64,000 nucleotides of DNA from Takakia lepidozioides (Eukaryota; Plantae; Bryophyta): NCBI GenBank assembly GCA_030704615.1, contig CM060732.1:18848001-18912000 (forward strand), in the 5' to 3' direction. Both the position numbers and the translations under genes were made by a program. Positions 24,601 to 39,600 of this stretch are shown piece by piece (within the stretch, counting starts at the first letter, position 1; the number at the start of each line of letters is the position of its first letter). The notes beneath the pieces are model-generated. The model made no database searches. It was not told where the DNA came from and worked only from the letters and a program-made list of their open reading frames with translations.

Positions 24601-27600
24601 TATGACCATCCTTTCAACTATGTCCAGTGACAGATCATGTATTAAGTGGGCATATGAGCTTGCTTCCAGAAACATCGAAGTTATAATTTTTTGTTTTCTG
24701 TTGGCGTTTTGCAGGGTCCTTGTGGGAACTGGGAGGGCATGCTATGAGACACTCAGGCCTCTAGCTTACAGCCTTCTTGCAGAATTGATCCACCACGTCC
24801 GCCTTGATCTCTCTCTTCCACAGGTTCTGTGCCTGTATCATTGAGCTCAACCTCGCAACATATATTCTCATAAACCAAAAGAAGAACTCTGATATTTCGT
24901 AGGCATGCCAAGGTAGGTCTTACTAAATTCTTATGTTTTTATGGCTGCAGCTCTCAAGAATTGTGTACTTGTTTTCGAGGAATGTGCATGACTCATCTCT
25001 TCCTCTCAGTGTGCAAACAACATGCGTTCGACTCATGCTGAATCTGGTATGCCCTAGAGTTTTCTCTCTGATTTGGATGTTGTTAGTCCTTCATTATCAC
25101 CCAAACTTAATCAGCATTAGTCTGCCACATTGATGAGGCTAAAGGTAGTGTACCAATCATTCTCACGGAAACTTTCTCAGAAGGCTCATAGGAAAGTGGT
25201 TGCAATTCTTTTAGTAACATAGCGTTCACTCTAGGTTGTTTTTTGTAGTATGTGATTCTCTCTGTGATTGTTGTTTAAAGCCCATAACATGGTGCCCAGT
25301 TCTATTGGAAGTCAAGTGAACTGGTGGGAGTGGAGGACAGGTGGAAACTATTTTTAGTCGACGAGTTGATCACTCCAGTAAAGAAGAAGGACGAGCACTT
25401 CTGGTGAAGCCCTTCTCATCTTGTCTTTGCTGCAATTAGAGACTTTTCTTGGTGCAGTCATAATAATTTGCGCCAAGCATTTCAGGATCAGCATAAGACT
25501 TGAAAAATGAAATGAGGTTATATATGTGTATGTGGTATAGTCTGTAGCAACTCAGGGTAGTCCCTTATAGCCAATTGTACTTCCTCACTGAGCTTCATGT
25601 TGTCTTGGGCTATAGGGGCGCATCTTGGATGCATTTGTGAGCAAGTTTGGGACCCTCAAGCACAGCATACCTCAGGTACGCTTGATTTTATCCAAATTCA
25701 AATGGAGACTATCTTTCAGTATAGTGTCTGTACATGGACAACTCTGGATGGTCACCAGTTGCATTGGCATTCTAGGGTTCTGTCGGACTGCTGTACAGTC
25801 AACAGACATTCTGAAACCTCTGGGTTACAAGAGTTAGCAGAGTCTCCTATCTTGATTAAGTGTTCACTGCCCTTGTTTGATAGGAATGTCACTTGGTGAG
25901 AGAGAGGTGAGCCTCTGAAGGTGGTCACAGCTTTTCATCTGTACAAAACCTCCGCTCCATTCTGAATTAATTTTCGCCACCTGTACCTACAGACCCTGGT
26001 CTCCCTGAGTTTCAGGAGGGAGGTTGGTAGTCAAGGAGAAGCGGTTGTTGAGAAATCATCATTCATTCATGTGGTATTCACTTCGTGGTATTCTGTATGT
26101 CGGTTTTCTCTTCCTCTGACAAGTAAGGTGTTAATTGTGAAGTTGCTTGAGGTGGAGGACGGCGAGGACGGGAAAGAGAGGCCCAGTCTACGGTCAAGGC
26201 TGGAGCTTCCTGTACAGGTCTGTGGCTTTACGGTATCCTGCTTCCTAGTTTGGTTCAAAAGTTTCTCAGGTGGATCGGTTGTTGTTGTTCAGCCCAAAAT
26301 CCAGGCCCCAAACTGCAGTTATAATGTTATAACTACAGACTCAGAATTTTTTCTCATTTACATACTGTTTTTTAAAACACACATTATTCATGGTATTTTG
26401 AAATGTGTCCTTGAAAGACCGTGATTCAGACATTATTGGAGCTGTGGTATTCAAACACTCCCTTCTTATTAGTGAACCATCACTGATGTCTTTGGTCAAT
26501 CTTCAATGCTTGTTTCTTGGCTCTATGAGTTGACTTCTGCTACCTACTGTTGGAATCAGGGCACTGACAGATTTCTTGGTTGGCAGGCGGCACTGAACTT
26601 GCAGGTGCCACCAGAGCACTCGAAGGAGGTCAGTGACTGCAAGCAGCTCATCAAGACGCTGATTATGGGTACAAACACTCCTTCCCTCAGCCTCCCCGTC
26701 TCCTCTCATTACTTGAAGCTGACTTCCTACTTTTCTGCCAGATGTGAAAGGTCTTTCATTTCTTGGTTCTCTCTGTCTCTGGGACTAAGTGAAGTGTAGG
26801 TTTTGGGCAAAGTAAAGATCTGTGCAAGATCGGCAAATTGTAGGAGTCTCAATATGTCAAAAGTCTATTATGAAGTTTGTCATGGTTTACTGCTCAGGGA
26901 TGAAGACATTGGTTTGGAGCATCACACACTTCAATGTGACTCAAATACAGCCACAACCACCAGTGGCTGCCAGCCCTGGCGGCCCGAAAGGAATGAGAGA
27001 GGATGAGGTACGCTGGTTTATCTAATCGAGGTCCCTCGGCAAGTTGTTGCTGAACGATATGTTCTTAATCCCACCTGAGTCACAACCTCAAATGCTCATG
27101 CCATTGAACATCTACGAATCATCCATAAAATGTTCAATTTTGTGCTGCATTTACTCAAGGAAATAGCTAGTGGTCAAGAGTGACTGTCATCTGAAATCGT
27201 CTTTCATATAAATGAGAAGCATATCAGTACTCACAATGATGAAGCTTGCCCTCCCTGATCAAATTCAAGGAATTGACCAAAATGCTACACAAGAAGTTGG
27301 AAATCTTATCAATCTTTTCTCTTGCCAAACTGTCATCTGCTAGTGAAGTCCCTCCTCCTTTAATACAAACAGCGCTGCATGTCTGCTTGTCTGTATACTT
27401 GATTTTGGTAAACGTAGCCATTGCACATGTGTAATACAGTAGTTCTCTTTATGTGCAGGTTCGGCTTGCATCAGGGATATTGAAGAGTGGGGTACATTGC
27501 TTGGCCCTCTTTAAGGAGAAGGATGAAGAGAAGGAGATGTTTTCTCACTATTCGTCAGTTTTCGCTGTGATGGAGCACCGGAACCTCATGGATATGTTCT

Positions 27601-30600
27601 CCCTTTGTATGCCCCACCTCTTTGACTGCATGCTTGGCAACACCCAGCTTCTCCAGATCTTTTCTAGTCTTCTCACCACACAAAAGGTAAGTTTCTGTAG
27701 TGCGTCTATTTCCTTAGGTTGACATGTCTTTTGCAACTAGAGGGCCAAAGTGATTCAGTGCTTTAGTGGAACCTTATGTTTCAGTATGATGTCAATGCAC
27801 CGTTATGAACACTCAATTGTAACAAATTATGGTCGGCTTCGTGCGAGCATTCTGTTAATTTTTGCTGAGTTTCATATACCCTAGTGGACTGACACCCCAC
27901 TGAGACACTCTGGGAAGGGTTGTATCCTGCTGGAACTGTCCTCAAGACAACATATTAAGGGAATGGTCGGTGTGCATTGTATGTATGTACATATGTGGAA
28001 GATGCTGAAGTTGAGTACGCAGATTTGAGATAAATTGAGGCCCAGGTAAGTTATGGAATTGGTGTCCTACAACTTATCATTTCATGTGCCTTTTAGCTGG
28101 TGCAGGTGACACGGCATTTTGCGGATGTTCTGGTGAACTATTTAGTTACAAGCAAACTGGAAACTCTAAAGCAGCCAGATTCACCGGCAGCAAAGTTGGT
28201 GTTGCAGCTTTTCCGGTACCTTTTTGTGGCAGTGACAAAGTTTTCAGCAGACTGTGAACGGGTTCTACAACCACATGTGACAACATTGATGGAAACTTGT
28301 ATGAAGAATGCAGTTGAGGTGGATAAGCCACTGGGGTACATGCAACTCTTGCGTACCATGTTCCGGGCACTTAATGGTGGAAAATTCGAGCTCCTCTTCA
28401 GGGAATTCATACCGACCCTGCAGCCGTGCCTGAACGTGCTACTGGGTATGGTGGAAGGCCCCACGGGCCTTGACATGATAGACCTGGTGGTTGAGCTGTG
28501 TCTTACTCTACCTGCCCGATTAAGTTCCCTTCTCCCACATCTGCATCGTTTGATGAAGCCGCTTGTGCTGGCACTGAAAGGGAGCGATGAGCTCGTGGGG
28601 CTAGGCCTGCGGACTCTTGAGTTTTGGATTGACAGTCTGAATCCTGAGTTTCTGGAGCCTAGCATGGCAACCGTAATGTCGGATCTGATACTGACCCTAT
28701 GGTCGCACCTTCGGCCAAAGCCTTACCCCTGGGGTGCCAAAGCTCTGCAGTTGCTTGGGAAACTAGGAGGCCGGAACCGACGGTTTTTGAAGGAACCACT
28801 AGGGTTGGAGTGCAAAGAAAATCCTGAGCACGGACTACGTCTCATTTTGACATTTGAGCCAACTACATCATTTCTTGTGCCATTGGATAGGTGTATCTAT
28901 CTGGCCCGGGCAGCTGTCATGGGGTCACAGCCAGGGGTTGATACTTTCTACCGCAAACATGCACTAAAGTTTCTGCGTGTATGTTTGGCCTCGGTGCTCA
29001 ACTTGAAGGGAAATATTGGGGGGGAGGGTGTCACACCAGGGCAGCTCAGCACAATGTTCATCACATCAGTCGATCCTTCAAGGCGGAGGGCAGAGACATC
29101 TAACATGAAGGTGCATAGCAGTCTACATGATGTCCACGAGAGGAAGGGTAAATAGACAGAAGAAAGAAAGAAAGAAAGAAATTTAATGACATCTACAGGG
29201 TGCACGAGGATCATGGCACAAGGTAGAACAAACCAAAGAAAGAAGAAAATGTTATCTAACAGCGGGCCTAAGGGACGAAGAAAGAAAGTTTTGACACATT
29301 GGGAGAGGGGGAGAGAGAATGTACCCATCCAGCTGTGCTTGCTGTGGGGTATCCTCTGTGCTGCTTTGACCAGATAAGTTGAGAAAAAAGGGGTAGGAGA
29401 TTAGGGCGGGATGGTATACATTTTGGGTTGTGAGAAGAAATGAAGAAAGAAGAAGAGCAGTAGGTATATGCATGGTATCAAGGTGTGGTCTGGTTACATT
29501 CATGTGTATCAATGTGAGGTTGCTGAACTTTGACAGGTTGACTTGGGAGTGAAGACCAAGACTCAGCTAATGGCAGAGCGAAGCGTGTTCAAAGTGCTTC
29601 TCATGACGGTCATTGCAGCAAGTGTAGAGAGTGAGCTGCAAGAACCCAAGGATGATTTTGTTTTGAATGTGTGCCGCCACTTTGCAATGATTTTTCATGT
29701 GGATTCCGCCTCCAGTAATCCGACGGGACAATCTGGACAGCTCAGTGCGGTGGGAGGTTCCGGGGGCACAACTGGAGGATTGAATGCCAAGGCTCGCAAT
29801 AATCGTTCCCAGGCAAATTTGAAAGAGCTTGACCCTCTTATCTTCTTGGATGCCCTAGTGGCGGTCTTAGCTGATGAGAATCGAGCTCATGCAAAAGCGG
29901 CTTTGAATGGGCTCAATGTATTTGCAGAAACTCTACTTCTTCTTGCACGCTCCAAGCATACAGGGATCCTAACTCCCCGTGGGGTTAGCACACCAGGAAC
30001 ACCCATGATGGTGTCGAGCCCATCAATGAACCCAGTGTATTCCCCTCCTCCAGGAGTTAGGGTCCCAGTCTTTGAACAACTTCTTCCACGACTTTTGCAC
30101 TGCTGCTATGGTAGCACCTGGCAGGCCCAGATGGGAGGTGTCATGGGGCTTGGAGCATTGGTTGGCAAGGCCACGGTTGACACTCTCTGTCAATTTCAGG
30201 TATATTTGTATAGGGACAATTATTGCTGGATGTTTTGTTTGCACTGTTATGAACAAAGTACTTCATGTGTAAGAATTGAACTTTATTTACTTGTCGGGGC
30301 AATAGGAACTACAATTTTTCTGAGTGGGATATTTGATTCCATTTGGGAAACATGGAAGTGGTAGTTTTGCAGCTGTCTCCGCTTCATTGTTCCATATATG
30401 CTGTATATATAACACCGGGTGTTTGGAGTCATACTTTCCTGTACAGAACTAACTGAAAGTCCCCTTAAGCACCTTGGCCCAAATTGAGGAAGGGAGCAGC
30501 ACTGGGCAAGGGCCATCCAAGAAATACCTCCCCTACATTTCAAGTTGGTAATTGTTGTGATTCCTGTGCAACAATAGCGGGCATATTTTGGCCATGGAAA

Positions 30601-33600
30601 TATATTCAATAATTCTCGCAGCGGGTGAGGTAAGCCTAGAGCTGGGAGAAGGGAAGGCACAATGTAGTGAATCTGTTATTCTACTCCAGGTACGGGCAGT
30701 GCGGGCGCTGGTGTATGTTCTAAAGCGATTGCCACCACATGCCAACAAAGAGCAGGAGGAGGCAAGTCAAGTCTTGACTCAAGTTCTACGTGTTGTCAAC
30801 AATGTGGATGAGAGCAATAATGAGCCAAGGAGGCAGAGCTTTCAGGGGGTGGTTGATGTGCTAGCAGCTGAACTATTCAACCCAAATGCGACGTACATTG
30901 TCCGTAAAAATGTGCAATCATGCCTGGCCCTGCTGGCAAGCCGCACAGGTAGTGAGGTATCAGAGCTGCTGGAGCCCCTCTACCAACCATTGTTAGTGCC
31001 TTTGGTGGGTCGACCTCTCAGAAGCAAGCATGCTGAACAGCAGGTGGGTTGATTTTTAGGGGCTACGCATTTGGAATATACAAAGTTGGACTAGGTAATG
31101 AAGCAATTCACACATGCCACCTCTTTGGTAGTTAGCCATGGTTTTATATTTGATAGGACCTTCGTAACTGGGAGGATCCTGGATCCTGGACACTTGTCAA
31201 CTGTGCTGTCTTTTCTTGTTGGTTACTTTCACTTGTTCTGACGTCTCGCTTTATATTGGTTGATAGGTTGGTGCAGTGATGGCACTCAACTTCTGCCTTG
31301 CATTACGACCACCGCTCTTGAAAATGACACCCGAGCTTATTAGCATTCTACAGGAGGCGCTTCAGATTGCTGAGGCTGATGAAACGGTGCTCAATGGCAA
31401 GTTTATGAATCCCAAGATGGCAGCTACATTAACAAAGCTGCGAACTGTTTGCATTGAGCTTCTGTGTACAGCTATGGCATGGGCTGATTTCAAGACCCAA
31501 AGTCATGCAGACTTGAGGTCACGTATTATTGCCATGTTCTTCAAGTCTCTTACTTGCCGTACCCCTGAAATTGTTGCTGTTGCAAAGGAGGGCCTCCGAC
31601 AGGTTTGTTCAGTGCCTTGTGAAGCAAATATGCAATGCCACTTATCCCTTCATGCAATTAAATAGAGTGGAACTTTCCCGGACACATTGAATGCCAGCAG
31701 AGATGGTCGCCCATCATACGGCTCTCCAATTTGACCATTGTTTGGATTTCAATTCGTTGCCCTAGCTGGTGTCACTTGCTGGCTTATATTTTGATCTTCA
31801 GTTCTTTTTCTGGTTGTAATTATAGAGTGGGTTTTTGAGACATTCCTATCCTAGAGTTTTGTCTTGCCTACTTGCATCCTCTGCCTTGGGAGGTCTGTAA
31901 TACATTTTTTACGACCTCAGGAGGGTGACAGAAATCCATGCACGGTGCTGCTTGCTGCAGATGCGGCACATCTTATCCCATAGTTTTGTAGAACATACTT
32001 TTAGCAGGATGGGTCACGTGCAGACATTCACAATGTTACTATTATATTTTGTGACGGAGGTTGTGTGTAGTCGGTTAGATACTTCCAATTGGGAAGGATA
32101 CTCATCTTGGAAGTGAAACTTCATGTGTACAGGTCATCCAACAACAGAAGATGCCAAAGGAGCTGCTGCAGAGTAGCCTACGGCCAATCCTGGTGAATCT
32201 GGCACACTACAAAAACTTGACTATGCCGCTATTACAGGGTCTGGCTCGATTGCTTGAGCTTCTCTCTAACTGGTTTAATGTAACCCTGGGCGAGAAGCTC
32301 ATGGAGCACCTCAAGAAATGGTTAGAGCCGGAGAAGCTGGCAGCGCAGCAGAAATCATGGAAGGCTGGGGAAGAGCCTAAGATTGCCGCAGGTAGTGAAG
32401 GAATTCTGCACGCTCTATCTTATACCTATCAATCAACTTGAACAGAAAAAAGACATTGGAGGTTGAGACGACTTCTGATAGCGATAGTAGTAATTTGTCC
32501 TAGGTGAATCTGCAGTTTGGTGTCCAGGAATTTTTTTCCTTTCTTGGGGAGGGGGGGCAGTGGTTCAAGTGGAGCTAAGAAGATATGTGGGAGTGTTGCA
32601 GCCATCATAGAACTGTTCCATTTACTACCGGCAGCAGCAGGCAAGTTCCTGGATCAGCTGGTGGGGCTGACAATGCAGCTGGAAGCAGCCCTCCCTGCTG
32701 GCCAGGTTTACAGTGAGCTTAACAGCCCATATTGTCTCCCACTCACCAAGTTTCTCAACCGCTATGCCACTGAGGCCGTGGATTACTTCCTTGCTCGTCT
32801 CACCCAGCCAAGCTATTTTCGCAGGTATGGCTTCTGCTGTTGTCTTTTGCTTCAGTCTTGAACCTAGACAGGAGAGTTCTTTCTTGAGCGACTAATGTCA
32901 AAGAGTGTTTAGTATTGAAAGGTTTTGATCTGATCTTTTGTAGATATGAGGCCATTGCTATCATCATCAGCTGTGCACTGTTGGTGATCCCACTTGCGGT
33001 TTACATCATAAGCAAATGTTCTTGAAGGTCACAGCATGGTCAGAAAACGAGTGATTGCTTTCATCCAGTTCTAGATGATCTGAATTGAACCAATGGGTTC
33101 CCTTTCTGTTGGAGTGTGCCCCTAAGTTCCAACCAGAAATGAAATGAAATGAAATGGTGCTTTATAACGTCCGCGGAAAGCTCGTAGAGCTTATGGGACA
33201 AAATGGAAGAAAACATGAGAGAGGAACAAATCCAGAAACCACAATTAATGTTCTAGCGATTGTCTAAGGGTGAAGGCCTCGTGTAGGTAGGCTGCCAAGC
33301 ATTTTTGATCCTCATAGTGAAAGACATCAGTGAGAGTTTGGGTTCCACTGAATAAACAGTGGAATCTCCCACGGATCTCGTAGTATAGAGGGCAGAGAAA
33401 GAACATCATTTCAATATTTGTTAGGTACGGGGCTGGCCGCACCTGCCAGTTAGTGAAACTGCATTTGCCAGCTATTATAAAATGATAGGGTACCAGCAGT
33501 CATAGGTCAGTTAAGATTGAATTGGCTTGTCCTCTAAGATTGACCATCCAAGATAAAGTCATAGTTGTTCTCGCTTTTGTTTTGAGTTGTTTAACATTTT

Positions 33601-36600
33601 TCAAAAGCTCTATTGTTTCTTCTTTCAAAGAGCATCTGTTGTTACCTTGGATGTGGTCCATCTTTCTATGGATCGGTTGCTATGAAAATGTAATTCTGGA
33701 GTTTCCATCGGCTTACATATGTCCTGGCCCTGACCATGCTATAACAGGGCCCAGAGGGTATAGTACTTGTCAGAATGTTTCGGATGATGGGACGAGGCTT
33801 TTTGTTGACTGAAATGTCTTCACATTTTCACCAATAGTGAGTCACAGCACTGATTATGCCTGATGAAGTGCTATGCCAGATGAATGGATTCTGATTTGTG
33901 CTTCATTGAAATTAAGGTCTTAAGTTTGTCCCAAACTTGTCTCCTAGAAAAGGGTTGTTTCCAATTGAAGGTCAGTTAGTAATGGACTTCAAATCCAAGC
34001 TTATGAAGAACAATGTGCCATCCTCTTTTCTGGTTCCCTCAAACTATTCTTAATAGAGGATCTCGATTGGTTCATATCTCTGCCTTAACCAGGTCAAGTC
34101 CACCCTGCTACTGGCTTTTGCAGCAAGACATCTCTGGCAGTTTCCATGACAGTTCCTGGTTAGTATGAATTTTGAGCAGTGGCACTGAATTTGGTTAGTG
34201 TTGGAATGTCAACAAAATTGAAGTGCAGAAGTTCTTTGGATTCATGGCAGGTTGATGGATATCATTCGATCTGAAGCGGGTCAGCCACTGCGTGAGGAAC
34301 TGTCTCGCTCAGCTAACAAGATTATTGCATGTGCATTTCCACTGCCACAAACTTCGGATGACCCCTCTGCAGTGATCGGACTTCCAGGGGCCTCTGGTGG
34401 GGCTGAAGGTGGCTACATGGGGATGAATGCTGGGGGTTCAAGCCCTATGCAGACATCAGAGGTGCAGTTTCAAGGCATAGCGCTTGTGTCAAGATTGGTG
34501 AAACTTTTGCCTGACTGGTTGCATCAAAATCGGCCAGTCTTTGACGCGCTGGTGTGGTTATGGAAGTCCCCTTCTCGGCAGGCCCGTCTCCGTAATGAGC
34601 AGGGCCTTAGTTTGAGCCAGGTAGTTCCTTCTGTTCCTCGGTGTTGCTTGTTTCGATTCGATGTGTTTTATGAATGGGACTGATAACAAGCCTTGTTGGG
34701 GTCAGCAGGTGAAGGAAAGCAAGCGGCTGGTAAAGTGCTTTTTGAACTACTTGAGGCATGACAAGAACGAGGTTTCTGTTTTGTTTGAGATGCTGTCCAT
34801 CTTCTTGTTGCGGACACGTATTGACTACACCTTTCTGAAGGCGTTTTTCATGGTTGAGGTTGGTCCCTACCGTTCGACCCTGATTGCGTATTGGTTCCAG
34901 CAGTGTTAGCTACCTTATAAATGAATTTTTCTGTGCCACTCACCGTTGATGGTGCTTCCAAGGTGACTCACCAGTCACAACGGCAAATCAGCTGAGGTTG
35001 TGAGCAGGACACTGGGGACTGACATGAGATTGTAGAATGGAGCAGGATTTAAATTTTCAAAAGAAGTGAATACTTCCTTTGGAAGCTGAAATTGGATTTC
35101 CACTTAGATCGTCCCACCCAAACCAAAAGTTAGAAGTTCTGATTGTATTTGTAAGTTCCTGCCTGGGGAGTGAGTGCCTCATTCAGGTATGTTGCGCAAC
35201 ATGTTAGGTCCTCATGAATTAAGGCCTCTGATAGCGATGAGCTGTCTCGAAAAAGACAAAAGCATCCCCCTCTGATCTCAATAGGGTGTCACATAGGAGA
35301 CTGGAAGTTGCTTCTTGTATAAACGAGGTATTCTATCTACTCGTATTGATCTGTAGACTGCGCACACCAACTTAGATGATCAAGTCCTGGTGAGGGCATG
35401 AGGATTTGATTATCTCTGGTGTCTGTCTGACTGTCTTCGTAGAACTGGAGCTTTGGGTGAGGTGAAAACTAGTCTTCATGATGCTTGCACATATATCTTT
35501 ATTACTCCCATCAGCCTGTTTGTGTCCTGCTGAATGAGAAAGACAATTAAAAATTAAAAATTGAGAACTTTATTATGTGCACAGGGGCCCCAGAGGTTCC
35601 ATGGGAAAGTTAACCTAATGTACATACAAGCTGTTGGTGGACACTTCTAGTATGCTGCATCCCTAATGGGCTCCCGGAAAGTTCTTCATCCGTTTATTGT
35701 CAAGTCACCATCACTGTTTGGGTTTAGGCGGTATTGCATGTTCCTTCTTGGCATTGGTTTCCCAACATTACAACAGGTGCTGGGCTTGCAAATTCGGAAG
35801 CTGACTAGATGTCAAGATAATTCCAGCCATGAAGCTTGTATGAAGTAAAGGAGAGTATTCATTAATTGAAGAGTCTGTCCAATGAGTTAATGGGACAGAA
35901 ACGTTTTTTTCTGAGAGCTTAACCATTGCTTGTGGCTGATGGCATTGTAGGTGTAAAGAAACACGTAACAAAGATGAGAGAGAAGTTTTACAACATCCAC
36001 ACAGAGAAAGTGGTGATGGATAAGGGTTCTTGTGTAAACAAGCTGGGCAGACATATATAAGTGGTAAGTCCGAAAATTTAAACTGATTTGTAATGCCATT
36101 ATATCGAGGTTGTGGACAGGTTGGGGAGGGGTACACGCCAGTCGAGAAGAAGAATGTGCTGCTGTGCTTTCTGGAGCTCTTTCAGAGCAAAAAGTTGTCC
36201 CAGGACGTGCTGGTTGTGGCCATGCAGATGCTCATTCTACCCATGCTTACTCATGCCTTCCAGCACAACCAGAGCTGGGATGTTGTTGATGCTGGCATCA
36301 TAAAAACCATTGTTGAGAAGCTTCTGGACCCACCTGAGGAGGTATGCTGGATCCCTGCTTGCAATCAGTATTGTTTGCTCTCTTGAGACCTGTGGCCTGC
36401 TTTAGGCCGGGAGTGTGGGCATGGATGCTCCTTTTTTTGCATCAATTTGGTTTGTACAGTATATATGGGTGATGATGTGTGTACTTCATGGCCTAAATCT
36501 GCCCTTAACCCCATTTTTTTGGCATGATTTTTCGCACTGGTTTCTGCTCCTGTGATCCTTTCTTCTTATCTTTCCTCCTCCTTCCCTTCTTGGTCCATGC

Positions 36601-39600
36601 AAACAGTGCAGACTATCTATGGTACCCAGCTAAGGCAGTACTTTTCCTCATGCAGAAGGAAATGTAGATGAGCAATGTGCATGTTAAGCTGTTTTGAGAT
36701 TGCAATCAAGTCTGATGCCAGTGCCGATTGACCATGCTGCTGTTCTGAGGATGGAAGGTGGATTCGATGCTCAGTACAGTCAGTGAATTCCATTTGAGGA
36801 AATCAAAGTACCCTTCTTAGAACCGGACATACTGTCCTCCTCTTTCAAAATTCTCTTATGTCGTAATTCTGTGGCAGGTGAGCGCCGAATATGATGAGCC
36901 ACTGCGAATCGAGCTCCTCCAACTGGCTACATTGCTGCTCAAGCATTTGCCTAGTGACTTGGTCCACCACCGTAAGGAACTTATCAAGTTTGGCTGGAAC
37001 CATTTGAAGAGGGAGGAAAGTGCCAGTAAGCAGTGGGCATTTGTCAATGTCTGCCATTTTCTGGAAGCCTACCAAGCCCCAGAGAAAATTATTCTGCAGG
37101 TTTGTCACTTCCTTCGTCACCTAGGACGTATTACTTACAACTAGATTCAACCCACACTTCCATTTACACAGGCTAAGTACGAAGTATGGGGAATTATCGG
37201 GGTCGTTTGATGCAAGGCCTTCACAGGTTGTTACTCCTGGAAAGGTTTGGTCATAACCTGAGATAGGAATTTAGATAGACAGACAATTCATTTCCCTAGT
37301 AGAGGGGGTCACAATTCCACTCAATTTCACTCAATGTAGGCCTGTTAAGTTTCTGGTCAAGACCCGATGCTAACCTTCCATTCTGCACATGTGTCAGAGT
37401 CAGCTGATCGCAGGTCCTGTCTTTAAAGAGGAAAACATTGCTGTTGTGATATAGGTGTTTGTTGCACTCCTGCGAACGTGCCAGCCAGAGAATCGTGTGC
37501 TGGTGAAGCAAGCGCTTGATATCCTCATGCCAGCCTTACCCAAACGCCTCCCGTTGGGCGATAACAAGATACCTATCTGGATTCGCTATACTAAAAAGAT
37601 ACTGGTGGAAGAGGGACATTCTGTGCCCAACCTTATCCACATTTTCCAGCTTCTTGTCCGTCACTCCGACCTCTTTTATGCATGCCGAGCCCAATTTGTA
37701 CCCCAAATGGTAAATTCACTGAGCCGTCTTGGGTTGCCACAAAATACCCCTCCCGAAAACCGACGGCTTGCTATTGATCTTGCTGGTTTGGTGGTGGCCT
37801 GGGAGAAGAGGAGGCAAGCTGAAGCAAAAGGGGGTGTCACTGATGGAGACTGTCAGAGTGTCGTGACAGGACCCTTAGAGGCACAGAATCCTGGTAGTGG
37901 TGGAGAAGTCTCCGTAGGTGGAGGAGGAGGTTCAGGGTTGCCAGTTGTGGGGGTGAAGCGCACAGCTGATGCTGCAGGCCTGACAAACATTGGAGAAGAC
38001 CTGAGTAAACGAGTGAAAGCAGAATCTGGTTTGCCAACCCTGGCGGGAATGTCTCCAAATCTGCCAACTGCAGGCAGTGTCCAGATACCCAATATTGGGA
38101 CACCCGGCTCAATTGGCCAGCCTGATGAGGAATTTAAGCCAAATGCAGCAATGGAGGAGATGATTATCAACTTTTTGATTCGCGTAAGCTATTTGATGTG
38201 CCCCCAGTATTGCAGATGATTTGAGTTGACCTAAGACCTGATGAATTCCATGCCAAGTTTTACTGGTAGATCTGAAAGATCGGCGGCTTCATGCATATTT
38301 ATCTCCTCCGTTTGAGAGTGTCCGTGCCAAGTTTCTTCACCTTTTGTTGCAAGTTGCATGAATGAACATTGGTATTGATGAAACTCTGCTGTCTCTCTGA
38401 AGTCTTCAGTCACATGTTTCTCTTTCTTCTTCATTCTGTCTGATTCGCTTCATCTATTCCTCTTCAGGTGGCTTTAGTTACAGAACCAAAGGATAAGGAA
38501 ACAGCGGCGATGTACAAGCAGGCACTGGAACTCCTTACACAAGCATTGGAAGTGTGGCCAAATGCAAACGTAAAGTTCAACTACCTTGAGAAGATTCTGT
38601 CCTCTCTGCAGCCAGCTGGGCAGAATAAGGACCCATCAACAGCCCTTGCACAAGGTCTGGATGTCATGAATAAAGTACTGGAGAAACAACCGCACTTATT
38701 CATTCGCAACAATGTCCAGCAGATGATCCAGGTAAGTTGCCAGTCCCAGTCCAATCAACAAATTAGTGACAGTAATACAATAATACGTGGCAGTGGATTG
38801 ACAAAGTATGCAACATTGCAGGTGCTGGAGCCATCTTTTAACAGCAAACTGCCAGATATTGGTAAGTCGCTTTGCACCTTGCTGAAAATGGTCTTTGAGG
38901 CTTACCCAGTGGATGCAATAAGCACCCACCAGGATGTAAAGGTGCTGCAACAAAAGGTTGAGGAGCTGATTCAAAAGCAATTAGCAGCAGTCACTACTGG
39001 TCAGACACCACCGGTTCTCGAATCTCGGGCTGTGAATGTCATCATAAGTTTCACACTCAACGTTTTGAAGACCCTGACAGAAGGGAACAAGAGCTATGTT
39101 GACCGGTTCATGATGCCTCTCGTCCGTTTAGTGCAGCGTCTTGCCCGCGAGATGGCTACCACATCCACCCAACTTGCACGACAGGTTGGATTTTTTTCTC
39201 TTGTGCATGAATGAACACTGCTTTGTTTGCTCATTGCAAGCTCAAAAGACCACGGAGGATAATACCAAATGGTAGAATCATATCAACTGGTTATCTTGCC
39301 CACTTGCATTCTCGTTTTTGGGAACCTTTTAGAGATGAATTTCACAGTTGTTGGATTGTAATGTGACTGCAGGGGCACAGACTGGAACCAGATGCAACTA
39401 CTCAAACTGCGCGGTTGATGGGTGATCTGGCCTTGATCATATCGAATCAGAAAACACTTTTGAAATTGATAAGTGGACGTGTGCTCGTAATACCAGATTG
39501 CAAGCGTGTCTTTGGTCAGGCATTGCAAACTATACTTGGTGAAAAGGGCACTGACACAGGGGTCCTTCTTGCCATTCTGGACTTAGTGAAGGAGTGGGTG